A model generated the notes under the pieces. The model was not told the origin of the DNA. It was given only the letters and a program-made list of their open reading frames with translations, and did no database searches. A stretch of DNA of 64,000 nt. Origin: Octopus sinensis (taxonomy: Eukaryota). The DNA is taken from the NCBI RefSeq assembly GCF_006345805.1, contig NC_043003.1:10230001-10294000 (forward strand). The letters are read 5' to 3'. This document shows, piece by piece, positions 1-12,310 of this stretch (positions are counted from its first letter, which is position 1; the number at the start of each line of letters is the position of its first letter). A program made the translations under genes and the position numbers.

Positions 1-2826
1 AAATAACATCCAAAGCAAAATTTAAAAAAATAGAAAAGACCTGTCGATTCTTAATGAAATCAGCAAAGAATCAACGCTACTGAGCAACAAAAAGAGAACA
101 AAAATACTCCGCAAATATAACATCACAGAAAAAGATTTGCCTGAAATAAAAGAAAAGCTGAAGCAAGATATCCTTGCCAAAGCACAAAGGATCCGCCGGT
201 ACAAGAAACGCCAACGCTTCTTTGAAGAAAACAAAAAGTTCAACTCCAACCCCAAAAAGTTCTACCAAGAACTGGGCAAAAATAAAATAGAAGTCACTGC
301 AGCACCAACGGCAGAAGAATTGGAAGAATTCTGGGGAGAAATATGGTCGGCGAACGAACCACCAAAGAAAAGGAGTATGAAAATAACAAACTCGGCATCT
401 GAACAAATTTGGACCCCCATAACAACTGAAGAGGTCACCCAGGCACTGCAAAGACTAAGCAACTGGAAGGCACCTGGGCATGACAAGATCCCCAACTTCT
501 GGTTGAAATATCTAACAGGAATGCACAAAAAGCTGGCTGAAAACTTTAACAACGTACTAGCAGAGCCAGAGACAATGCCTGAATGGCTCACGAAGGGGAA
601 AACCATCTTAATTCCCAAATCAAATGAAACAGAAAAACCAGAAAACTACAGACCAATAACCTGCCTCCCTACTATGTTCAAGGCATTTACTGCAGTGATA
701 TCACAAAGGCTGAACAAGCACCTGGACGAAAACAAACTGTTCCCAGAAGAGCAGAAGGATGCCGCAAAGGCTCATATGGCTGTAAAGATCAACTAATGAT
801 TAATAAAGCCATAACTGAAGACAGCCACAGAAAGAAGTAAGGCCTCAGTATGGCCTGGATTGACTACAAAAAGGCGTTTGATAGCATCCCCCACACATGG
901 ATCCTCGAAACACTAGCCATTAACAAAGTAGCACCAACAATCATAAAATTCATAGAGCACTCTATGAATAAATGGCAAACAGTCCTACACCTCCAAACAA
1001 AAGAGGGACTCATGAAAACCAAAGACATCCCCATTAGAAGAGGAATATTCCAGGGAGATACGCTCTCTCCACTCCTTTTCTGCTTGGCACTGTCACCTCT
1101 ATCTGATATGCTAAATAGAACTGGATGCGGATATAAATGTTACGGCAAACGATCAGCCACCTTTTATATATGGATGACCTAAAACTATACGCTGCAAATG
1201 ACAAACAGCTGGAAACACTATTAAAGACAGTTCATGGATTTACCAAAGAAATAGATATGAAATTTGGATTAGAAAAATGCGCCAAAGTAACCATGAAAAG
1301 AGGAAAACTAGTTAAGAGTAACAACATCACACTAGATGAAGCAAATGAAATAAAAGAATTAGACCAAAGCCAAACTTACAAATACTTAGGAATCCATGAA
1401 CTAGATAAGACACAACACACACAAATGAAAGAGAAAATAAAAAAAGAATATTATAGACGAGTTAGATCAATACTAAACACAGAGCTCAATGCTAAAAACA
1501 AGATAATAGGTATCAACACTTTAGCTGTCCCAGTTATAAGTTACAGCTACAATATCCTTAACTGGACACGAAATGAACTGACCAAAATAGACAGGAAAAC
1601 AAGAAAAATAATGACAGGATCTAGGATGCATCACCCAAAATCTGACATAGAAAGACTATATATACAATGTATAGAAGGTGGTAGAGGCCTTATACAGCTG
1701 GAAAACTACTATAAAATAACCACCATAGGACTGCAAAAATATCTACTTCAGAAGGAAGGAAAACTGATCCAGATAGCGGCAAAACACGAGCAAAACAAAA
1801 AACTGTTCTCAGTATTTAAGGAAGCTGACAAATACAAACAAGAAATCATACCACCTAATAAACATGAAGAAGAAGAAGAAGATGAAGAAACAATAAAAGC
1901 TATAAAAAAAATGAAATCCAAACTAAAAATAGAACAGCAACGAACCATGATAAAACGATGGCAAGAAAAGCCCCTTCATGGTAAATACTGGACTAAACTA
2001 AACGCAAAAGAAATAGACAAAGAAAAATCCCAGCAATGGTTGAGAAGCTCAGGACTCAAAGCAGAAACAGAGGGATTTTTAATTGCAGCACAAGACCAAA
2101 GCCTCCCCACCAGAAATTACCAAAGACATGTAATGAAAAGAAATATTACAAGTAACTGCAGAATATGTGGAGATGGACAAGAAACAATAAATCATATTAT
2201 CTCTAGCTGCCCAGTCCTGGCTAAGAAGGAATATATTCACAGACATGACAGAGTTGGAACTTACATACATTGGAAGCTATGCCAACATTATGGAATAACA
2301 ACAGAAAAAAGATGGTATAGGCACACACCAGAAAAGGTCACAGAAAACGAGAAAGCAACCATACTCTGGGATATGCCGATACACACAGATAGAGAAATTA
2401 AGGCCAACAGACCAGATATAGTTGTCAGAGACCATGAAGAAAAAAAATGCTTTCTAATTGATGTATCAGTACCGGCAGATGACAACGTGTCTCTAAAAGA
2501 AATGGAGAAACTCTCAAAATACAAAGACTTGGAAATAGAGGTAACTAGAATGTGGAATCTGAAAACAGAAACAATTCCTATCATAGTAGGTGCATTAGGC
2601 ATGATAAAAAAATATTCAGACAAATACATAACAAAAACACCAGGACTTACAAACACATATAACATACAGAAAATTGCACTACTAGGCACTGCACACATCC
2701 TACGCAGAACACTTTCCATACAATAACCATCAGAGCATCACAACAAATCACAGCACATACCCAAGGCACACAGAGCTGCGCTCGGTAGTGAAGTGAAAGC
2801 ACGCTATAAAAATAAAAATAAAACTA

Positions 2827-2830
<4 letters not shown>
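1..2830 (+). mobile_element. R4/Dong-like non-LTR retrotransposon (RT + restriction-like endonuclease), 5' part outside window, inactivated
   Basis: RT motifs across ORFs 137-796, 850-1182 and 1137-2726: WKAPGHD, NYRPITCL, IDYKKAFDS, RGIFQGDTLSPLLF, LYMDD, YKYLG. C-terminal CCHC finger (CRICG..ETINHIISSC), RHD, and the RPDIVV..IDVSVP..KLSKY RLE nuclease. Short 3' UTR ends at CTACTGA directly before (ATA)n. Confidence 0.93.
137..2726 (+). pseudogene. RT-RLE polyprotein, disrupted
   Basis: Frameshift near 770 (EEQKG-CRKGSYGCKDQL continues in another frame), in-frame TAA at 838-840, and frameshift near 1150 (CYGK-TISHLLYMDD). Confidence 0.9.
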
Positions 2831-2904
<74 letters not shown>

Positions 2905-2905
2905 T
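2831..2905 (+). repeat. (TAA)n microsatellite, target/tail of the R4-like element
   Basis: About 25 perfect ATA units abutting the element's 3' end. Confidence 0.95.
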
Positions 2906-3367
2906 CTTTCTACTGAAGGCGCAAGGCTTGACATTTGGGGGAAGAGCCAAGTCAATTACATTGTACCCAGTATGTAACCCTAGTACCAAACGATGGGCAG
3001 CAAGCACAGCCTCGGTGGAATTTGAACTCAGAACGGAAAGACGAATGAAACGCCGTTAAACATTTTGTAGAGATCGTTAACGATTCTCCTAGCTGGTCGA
3101 TTTATTTATAGATAAACCACTACTGTTATAAGTAATAGTTAAAATACTTCAAAAGCCACAAACCACTGAGATTAAGTTCCCAGCGCACATAGCCGGATAG
3201 CGATTTGGAGGAGACTTACCTCCCTTTGTCACACATTAAGTTCAGTGCTTTTGTGACTTCTCAGATATTTTAACTCTTATTTTTAGCAAACATGGTGCTA
3301 GTCAGTACCCTCTGTCACTTTTGTGAACTATTAATTTTGCCTTTAAGTTCTAATTGCTAATAAGCCA

Positions 3368-3410
<43 letters not shown>

Positions 3411-3637
3411 TATAATACAGACAGACAGACACAGATACGTGCGCTGTGAGATTGCCCACATCTTCCATCTTGTAAATTTATTCACAAGGCATCATTCGAC
3501 TGGAGTTATATTAGAAATTTGCTCAAACTGAACCCGAAAATATGTGACTGAAAGGCGAACATCATAACCACACACTCATTTCTGCAAGCACACACACACA
3601 CAATATATATATATATAATATATATATATATAATATA

Positions 3638-3712
<75 letters not shown>

Positions 3713-3738
3713 AAGGATGAAAAGGAAGACACGAGTTG

Positions 3739-4188
3739 ATATATATGAAAAAATAAGTCAAAATAGAAAATGCTAAAATAATTTTATAAGAACATTTCAG
3801 TACCGGTTTCGGTCATTTTGAGACCTTTTCAACTGTAACGATTAAATAATTAAATTTAGAAAAATTAAAAGAAATGTTTTTTTAAAGGAACATTTGTATA
3901 GTGTTCAAATATAAGTGGTATTTTCCTTGTTTCTGTCTCGAACCCCCAAGTGTGAACCAACGACCTCGAACCCACAAGTGTGAACAAGAGAGATAGAGCA
4001 AGGCAGAAACAAGGAAAATACCACTTATATTTGAACACTATACAAATATTCCTTTAAAAAAACATTTCTTTTAATTTTTCTAAATTTAATTATTTAATCG
4101 TTACAGTTGAAAAGGTCTCAAAATGACTGAAACCGTACTGAAATGTTCTTTATAAAATTATTTTAGCATTTTCTATTTTGACTTATTT

Positions 4189-4200
<12 letters not shown>
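3739..4200. repeat. Long inverted repeat, about 197-bp arms with a 68-bp spacer
   Basis: 3739-3935 is nearly the reverse complement of 4004-4200. The spacer holds a direct repeat CTCGAACCC(C/A)CAAGTGTGAAC. Confidence 0.92.
3798..3835 (-). ncRNA. Minimal type I hammerhead ribozyme candidate, U3:A8 core variant
   Basis: Minus strand reads CAG-UUGAAAA-GGUC(UCAAAAU)GACC-GAA-AC(CG)GU-A-CUG, giving stems I, II and III and a GUA triplet. Confidence 0.6.
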
Positions 4201-4235
<35 letters not shown>

Positions 4236-4452
4236 CATACACATACATACATACATACATACATACATACATACATACATACATACATACATACACACTC
4301 ACATGCACACACTTAAACAGACACATACACACACATATATAGGTGTAGAAATATATATATGTGTAAATATAAATATACATAATAGAGACAGACAGACAGA
4401 CAGATAGATGGATAGATGGATGGATGGATGGATGGATGGATAGGTGGATAGG

Positions 4453-4530
<78 letters not shown>
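4200..4530. repeat. Compound microsatellite (TA)n/(TACA)n/(GATG)n/(GATA)n
   Basis: Direct reading. Confidence 0.95.
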
Positions 4531-4532
<2 letters not shown>

Positions 4533-4809
4533 CCAGAGTTTATCAAGTACAAAAGATGCTAAAACTGAAATCAGGTAAATTGGTTCCATTGCTATTAGTG
4601 CCTATTAGTTCTATCTTGGCCCTTAAATAGGCATCATTAATTCCTATACAATTTGTTGTTTAGTTCCACTCATTACCATTCCACACTTTCATAGTTCAAT
4701 CACACACATCCAAAACCGATGCCAAATAATTTATCTTCGCAAATTTTTTCACAGTATCAGATCTGAAATATCCAGCGTGTTTCCTTCACCCAAATTATAT
4801 CCTTCACAT

Positions 4810-5282
4810 ATAATTCTTCTCCCACTTCTTCTCTTTCTTCTTTTTCTTCCCCTCCACTCTTCTTCCACCACCACCTTTTCTTGTTTCTCTCTTCCTTCTC
4901 TTCTTTCTTATATTCTTTCTTCTTCTTCTTCTTCGTCTCTTTCTTTCTCTCCTTCTTCTTCTTCTTCCATTTCTTCTTCATTTTCTTTTCCTGCTTCTCG
5001 TCTTCCTTCTTCACTTCTTTCTTTTGCTAATTCAACTCGTTCTCCATTGTCTTCTTCTCTTTCATGTTGTTGTTGTTGTTGCTCTCCTTCTCCTCCTCCT
5101 CCTCCTTCTTCTTCTTCCCCTCCTCATCCTCCTTTTCCTTCTTCTTCTCCTTCTTCTTCTTCTTCTTCTTCTTCTTCTCCTCCTCCCTCCCCACTTCCTT
5201 CCTTCTTCCTTTCTATTCTTGCACTCAAACATTTTCTCTCCAATTTAGAAAATTATAACCCTTGGTATTTTCCTTTCCTCCA

Positions 5283-5328
<46 letters not shown>

Positions 5329-5520
5329 GCAAATACTGCTGCTGCCACCACTCCTACACCTAAACCTACTCCTACTTCTTTCACTATTACTACTACTACT
5401 ACTACTACTACTAACACTACTGCAAATGATGCTGCTACCACCACTCCTACACCTACACCTACACCTACTCCAACTTCTTTCACTACTACTACTACTGCAA
5501 TAAATGTTATTAATACTACT
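4810..5520. repeat. CT/TTC-rich and (ACT)n low-complexity block with an internal duplicated unit of about 90 bp
   Basis: Direct reading; TGCAAAT..CCACTCCTACACCT..ACTTCTTTCACT occurs twice. Confidence 0.85.
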
Positions 5521-5689
5521 ACAATATGTAAGTTTGTGTGTGTGAGTATAAACACATACACATACACACATATATATATGCGCGTATGTATGTATGTATG
5601 TATGTGTGTATGTGTGTGTTTATGTATGTATGTAATTTGGACTAATGTTTATATGTAAATTAATGTGTTGATGTGTTGAGAATACTGCA

Positions 5690-5845
5690 GAATTCCTTTG
5701 TGTAGTAAGAAGCTTGTTCCCAACCACATGTTTCCGGGTTCAGTCCCACTGCTCGGCACTTTTTCTGCTACAATAGACTTATGCCGACCAAAGCCTTGTG
5801 AGTGGATTTGGAGACACAGATACTGAAAGAAGCCCGTCGTATATA

Positions 5846-5927
<82 letters not shown>

Positions 5928-6102
5928 CATATCCCCAACCGATGCTAGTGTGTTTACGCCCCCGTACAGAAGCTGTTCGGCAAAAGAGACCGATAGAATA
6001 AGTACTACGCTTACAAAGAATAAGAACTGGGGTCGATTTGTTCGACTAAAGGCAGTGCTCTAGCATGGCCGCAGTTAAATGACTGAAACAAATAAAAGAA
6101 TA
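5690..6102 (+). mobile_element. SINE family B (tRNA-like head, CORE-like GCACCTTGGGCAAG domain in better copies, internal TA/TG tract, tail ending GACTGAAACAA..AAAG)
   Basis: Matches the copies at 51105-51513 (-) and 57349-57752 (+). Confidence 0.85.
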
Positions 6103-6301
6103 CATAGATACATACATATATACTTAAGCACACCCACCCACACAGACACTGAACCCTCTCACACCCATACTCACACAAGTATATGTATGTATGTATGCAT
6201 GTATGTATACATGTATGCATACATGTATGTATGTATGTATGTATGTATGTATGTATGTATGTATGTCTGTATGTATGTATGTATGTATGTATGTATGCGT
6301 G

Positions 6302-6337
<36 letters not shown>

Positions 6338-6340
<3 letters not shown>

Positions 6341-6566
6341 CTTTACTACCCACAGGGGGCTAAACACAGAGGGGATATACAAGGACAGACAAAGGGATTA
6401 AGTCGACTACATCGACCCCAGTGCGTAACTGGTACTTAATTTATCGACCCCGAAAGGATGAAAGGCAAAGTCGACCTCGGCGGAATTTGAACTCGGAACG
6501 TAACGACAGACGAAATACGGCTACGCATTTCACCCGGCGTGCTAACGTTTCTACCAGCTCGCCGCC
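6338..6566 (-). mobile_element. SINE family A (GGCGGCGAGCTGGCAGAA head; GTCGACTTTGCCTTTCATCCTTTCGGGGTCGAT core)
   Basis: Full-length match to 44152-44384 (+) and 12081-12310 (-). Confidence 0.9.
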
Positions 6567-7199
6567 TTTATATATATATATGTATTCATGTATGTATGTA
6601 TGTATGTATGCATGCATGTATGTATTCATGTATATATGCATGTATATATGCATGCATGTATGTATGCATGCATGTATGTATGCATGTATGTATGTATGTA
6701 TGTATGTATGTATGTATGTATGTATGTATGTATGTATGTATGTATGTATGTATGCATGTATGTATGTATGTATGTATGTATGTATGTATGTATGTATGTA
6801 TGTATGTATGCACCAGATGAACTTTACATGCTCAAGATATTCACAAGTTGATTTCTTTGTGAATGTCCATTGATGTACCGTAAAAGCCGTCTAATAACGA
6901 TGCGGAAGAACCCCCAGCCATGGCAGACAAACCAGGTCATAAGGTTGTGTGAATGAATAGCATACGTGTGTGTGTGTGTGTGTGTGTGTGTGTACATATG
7001 TGTGCGTATGTGTGATGTGAGAGCATGTGTATAGGTGAGTAGGTGTGCATGAGATTGACATGACGCGTCCAATGACAATGACAATATTGACAAATCTGAC
7101 TTCCGCTGCTGATTTCCCTCTGATTCTCAGTACTTCCAATCGTCTAGACTTGTCAATGAACAGCAAGAGGCCGGCCTATTCATACGCACACACATGCAC

Positions 7200-7235
7200 A
7201 CAATACATATATACATGCATGCATATATATATATG

Positions 7236-7295
<60 letters not shown>

Positions 7296-7489
7296 AACAC
7301 ATACACACGCATGCACGTAGATACACGCGCGCGCATGCACATAGAGAGAGACAGGGATAGAAATAGAGATAGAGAGAGATGGAGAGAGATAGAGAGATAG
7401 AGAAAGATGGAGAGATAGAGAGAGATAGAGAGATAGAGAGAGATATAGAGAGATAGAGAGATAGAGAGAGATATAGAGATATAGAGATC

Positions 7490-7535
<46 letters not shown>

Positions 7536-7549
7536 GAAAGAGAGATAGC

Positions 7550-7581
<32 letters not shown>

Positions 7582-7591
7582 TATAGAGATC

Positions 7592-7665
<74 letters not shown>
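7200..7665. repeat. (TA)n/(GA)n/(GATA)n compound microsatellite
   Basis: Direct reading. Confidence 0.95.
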
Positions 7666-7666
<1 letters not shown>

Positions 7667-8532
7667 TACAAGGCAGAACTTAAACGCCACACCCGTTCTG
7701 CTCCCTTTTATGAGAGAAATCAAAGGGTGGCACTGCTCGAAATCAAATTGTCATTGAAACCTATTTCTTATCGTTTAATATTTCTACACATTTCTTGAAG
7801 AAAATGCTTTCCTTTTTGTTAGAATTCAGATGATATGGACATTGAATAGTTAAGAGTCTTGTGTTCTCCTATTCTATTCTACTTATTTATTTGCGATTGA
7901 ATATAATTTTTTTTTCTAAATTGGAATTTTAGAAAATATTATTTTTTTCTTTTACAACTGTGATTTCCTTTTTACGTGAAATTATCAAATAAAACTTTTT
8001 AGATTTGGTTGTTATTTCTAGCATGTGGAGATATCTTCTAGGCTTAACTTTATGTGCTGGTTGAAAATCACCTAAAACAGATTCTGAGATCGATACATTC
8101 GTCTAAAAATTTTTCAAGGTGGTACTCCAGTATGGCCGCAGTCTAATGACTGCAACCAATGAAAAAAAGAGAAACGAAATATATCACAGAAGTGGTTTTG
8201 ATCAGGCTTTAAAAAAATTTCTAGGTTCCATCCAGTCATCTAAAAATTCTTCAAGGCAATACCCCAGCATGGTCAAAGTTTAATGACTGAAACAAGAAAA
8301 AGGTGACAAAAAACGAAAAAAGAAACCGAAAAATATAACCGTGGAGCTTTTGCCCACTCTCACACTCTAACTCATAGGGCTTTTGTCCGAGGGTTTTTTG
8401 TCATAGGGGCTTTTGTCCTAGGGGGCTTTTGTCCAGATCCCGTTTTGAGTGTTCCCGTTTTAAATACATTCAATAAGATTTGTTCCTACTTTGTGTATAA
8501 ATATACATATGTATATATATATATATTATATA

Positions 8533-8587
<55 letters not shown>

Positions 8588-8600
8588 ATATATATATATT

Positions 8601-8940
8601 ATATTATATTAAATTAGAGACAAAACCACTATTAGGTAAATCATACAATGAAAAACTTAAGCCAATACATAAGATTATTTAATTTACATTATTTAAATAT
8701 ATAACAAAATTATTAAAACTCGCCAGGATAAATATTTAAACCACCTGATGAATGACTGTAACTCGAAAATTTAAAGAAATTAACAGCCATGAAACGATCG
8801 TAGTGATATATTAATTATATTTTTTTTATAATTTTGTTATATATTTAAATAATATAAATTAAATAATCTTATGTATTGGCTTAAGTTTTTCATTGTATGA
8901 TTTACCTAACAGTGGTTTTGACTCTAATTTAATATAATAT
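8601..8940. repeat. Inverted repeat, about 113-bp arms, enclosing a hammerhead
   Basis: 8601-8714 versus 8827-8940: 3 mismatches by manual comparison. Confidence 0.92.
8742..8805 (+). ncRNA. Type I hammerhead ribozyme
   Basis: CAC-CUGAUGA-AUGACUGU..ACAGCCAU-GAA-AC(GAUC)GU-A-GUG: canonical core, 8-bp stem II with one mismatch, palindromic stem III, 3-bp stem I. Confidence 0.75.
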
Positions 8941-9011
8941 AATATTTTACTATAAAATTGGATTCAATCCTAAATCTGATTTTTCCCTGTAAGTTTGGAT
9001 TTATTCCCTAA

Positions 9012-9046
<35 letters not shown>

Positions 9047-9574
9047 GCACACGAGGGTTGTCCACTACTGGAAGGGATAAAGACGCACACAAAGACACAA
9101 TTATAGGTATATACTTACATACAGGACCGGATTCTTTCAGTTTCCCTTTAACCAAGTCCAAGAACAAGGCTTTCCTCGACCCCGAGCTATAACAGAAGAC
9201 GCTTGTCCAAGGTGGCACGCAGTTGGATTGAGTCCAGAACACTGTGGCTGGGTAATATGCTTCTCACCACACAGCCATACAAATACATACATGTGTGTGT
9301 GTGTGTGTGTGTGTGTGAGTGTGCGTGTGTGTGTGTGTGTGCAAGTATTTTAAGATATGAAATATTAATAGCTCCTTGCTTTGGAAAGGCGGGTTTTTGC
9401 AAGTTATTTTATAACATGCCTTGTCCCTCCAAGCAATCCTCGGGCTTGGGGAAACAGGGCGTGTAATCAAGACCTGTCGAGACTCGTGTCTCCAAAGCAA
9501 GAAACTCTTAGTATCTCTTGTTTTTATACTGTGTGCATTAGATTATATTTATCTCAATGCACAATATATATATA

Positions 9575-9615
<41 letters not shown>

Positions 9616-10375
9616 CTTACTTGAAAATGGATGCGTGGCGTACGGTCATATAATAATATAAATAATATATAAATATATGAATACATACATACATACATAT
9701 ATGTACATACTCGTACGCGCGTGTGTATGCCTCTATCTATCTATCAGTCTATGTCTGTCTATCTAACTATCAATCTATCTAACCATCTATGCATACATAC
9801 ACATACACTACACACACACACATACACAGACGTGTGTGTGTTTTGTATGTGTGTATAAATTTTCAAATTCTGACACGAGAGTCCCATTCTCTCTTCCATC
9901 ATTATCCAACTCCACATCTCACCCAAAAGCAAAAAATCCAGCAGTCATTTATCTATTCTCATATTTCCCCGAATCTTATTTTTGTTTTGCCAATACAAAC
10001 ATTTCTCGCTGTTTTGTGTCAGTTTATATTTTGTTCTCGGTTGCTTTTTTATCTGTTTTTATTGTTGTATTATGTTGAAAGGGATTTTCGATGCTGTCTG
10101 ATGTTAATGTTTAGTATATCGGTTACACGAAATGTCAAGTTGTGCTTCTACCCGGAAAAGGAATGATGGCTAGACGCTGTGAAAACGAGCGCCATGCTGA
10201 TTTTGCTCAGTGTAGAAGCAAGAAAAAATAACATTTATTATTGTAAATACTGTGGAAAAAAAAAAAGAGCACTCTGGTAGGTTTATACTCTCTGGGATGT
10301 TTTGCTACGTTCAACCTCCAGTATTGAGCAGTTCGTTGTTCATTCTTATCTCATTTGTACGGCACTGTGTTTAAC

Positions 10376-11078
10376 GCATTGCGAATTATTGTGTTAAACA
10401 TGCTTACCGTATTGTGAATATGTGTCTGACGATGTTTAACGTATTGTGAATATTTGTGTCTGATTATGTTTAACGTATTGTGAATATTTTTGCCGAATTC
10501 TGTTCACCGTATTGTGAATATTTGTGTCTGACGATGTTTAACGTATTGTGAATATTTTTGTCCAATTCTGTTCACCGTATTGTGAATATTTGTATCAGAT
10601 GGTGTTTAACGTATTGTGAATATTTTTGTCGAATTCTGTTCATCGTATTGTGGATATTTGTATCAGATGGTGTTTAACGTATTGTGAATATTTTTGTCGA
10701 ATTCTGTTCATCGTATTGTGAATATTTATTTTTGATGATGTTTAACGTATTGTGAATATTTTTGTTCAATTCTTTTCACCGTATTGTGAATAATTATGTA
10801 TGATTATGTTTAACGTATTGTGAATATTTTTGTCGAATTCTGTTCACCGTATTGTAAATATTTGTGTCTGACGATGTCTAACGTATTGTGAATATTTTTG
10901 TTCAATTCTGCTGATCGTATTGTAAATATTTGTATCTGATGATGTTTAACGTATCGTGAATATTTGTATCCAACGGTGTTTACCGCATTGGGAATATTTG
11001 TGTCTCATGATGTTTAACGTATTATGAATATTTGTGTCAGACAATGTTAACTGAATTATTGATATTTATGTCGAACGA
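10376..11078. repeat. 34-bp minisatellite, about 21 units, with A/B alternation (68-bp higher-order unit)
   Basis: Units begin CGTATTGTGAATATTT and alternate ..GTGTCTGA(C/T)GATGTTTAA with ..TTGTCGAATTCTGTTCA(C/T). Confidence 0.92.
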
Positions 11079-11636
11079 CGTTTAAGGTACAGCTACTTCA
11101 ACTGTCGTGAAATCATTTAGAATCTCTCTTTCGTGACAGATTTAGCGGAAACAAAGTCATCTTGTGAATTACTAGACTTGAATTTATCAAACAAACGTAA
11201 TAAAACTCACTCTAAATCTAAGATCACCAGGTAATGTTTACTTTTGATGGTTAGTTGCAGGCATCGCCAAAAGCGAGCCTCATCTTAAAAACAGTCTCAA
11301 TGCTGTATCATAAGAAAGTACGAAAACCGCCTTTCCCTCCGTGGCCTCCACCTCTACACGTTTGTTCTTCATGACATGAAAATACTGTTACTCCTGGTTT
11401 AAACTAGCACAGTGTTCCTCCGTAATATGTGGACTCTTAGGTCCCCAGTAGCTATAATTGTGGTGGTTAATTGCGCCATTTCATTTCAATGTAACCTTAT
11501 CACTCCAAGGAATCTGTGTTGGAAAACGTGCATCTTCTACACATCTTCCTGAGTACCAAACGCAAAACACTACTCTTCCGTATGGTCATCTTCAATGCGA
11601 GCATGCAGTATTTTAATGTATGTAACTTTTCCAATG

Positions 11637-11923
11637 TGTAGGCACATGGCCTAGTGGTTAGAGCAGCGGACTCGCGGTCGAGGGATCGCGGGTTCGAATC
11701 TCAGAGCGGACGATGTGTGTGTGTTTATGAGCGAAAAACCTAAGCTCCACGCGGCTCCGGCAGAAGGTAATGGCAAAATTCTGCTGACTCTTTCTCCACA
11801 ACTTTCTCTCACTCTTTCCTCCTGCATCTTGTAGCTCACCTACGACGGACAGGCGGGAAACCTATACGCCAAGGAAACCGAGAAACCGGCCCTAATGAGG
11901 CAGGCGTTGCTCGGGAAGGAACA
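11637..11923 (+). mobile_element. SINE family C (tRNA-like head) with 13-bp TSD
   Basis: A box TGGCCTAGTGG and B box GGTTCGAATC. AACTTTTCCAATG is repeated at 11624-11636 and 11924-11936. Confidence 0.9.
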
Positions 11924-12080
11924 AACTTTTCCAATGACAGCATTTCAAACCTCGATGGATGCTTGATTTTGAAGCTTTTATTTTACGGGTACCCGTTTAC
12001 TGCGTAAATTTTTTGATCTAGTCCCCTCCTTTGTTAATTGTGAGGCTCGTCGACATACGCAGTCTTTCCAGAACGTTTCT

Positions 12081-12310
12081 TATTTCTTTATTACCTACAA
12101 GGGCTAAACATAGAGGGGACAAACAACGACAGACAAAGGGATTAAATCGATTACATCGACCCAAGTGCGTAACTGGTACTTAATTTATCGATCCCGAAAG
12201 GTTGAAAGGCAAAGTCGACCTCGGCGGAATTTGAACTCAGATCGTAAAGACAGACGAAATACCGCTAAATATCGCCCGGCGTTGCTAACGTTTCTGCCAG
12301 CTCGCCGCCT
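12081..12310 (-). mobile_element. SINE family A with 16-bp TSD
   Basis: TTTCCAGAACGTTTCT at 12065-12080 and 12311-12326. Confidence 0.92.

Noticed and set aside
4777-5658. 293-aa Ser/Thr/Pro-rich ORF (mucin-like)
   Set aside because: It is entirely a translation of TTC/TCC/ACT microsatellites, with no splice or domain evidence.
6860-7190. Possible host exon between microsatellites
   Set aside because: No recognisable protein similarity and no coherent acceptor/donor pair on either strand.
10376-11078. CRISPR-like repeat/spacer appearance
   Set aside because: The variable halves are only 18 bp and homologous to each other, the context is eukaryotic and there are no cas genes; it is a minisatellite.
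11637-11710. tRNA genes at SINE heads (also 16568, 39557, 52428, 54935)
   Set aside because: A and B boxes are present but there are no closed acceptor stems, and each continues into a repeated SINE body.
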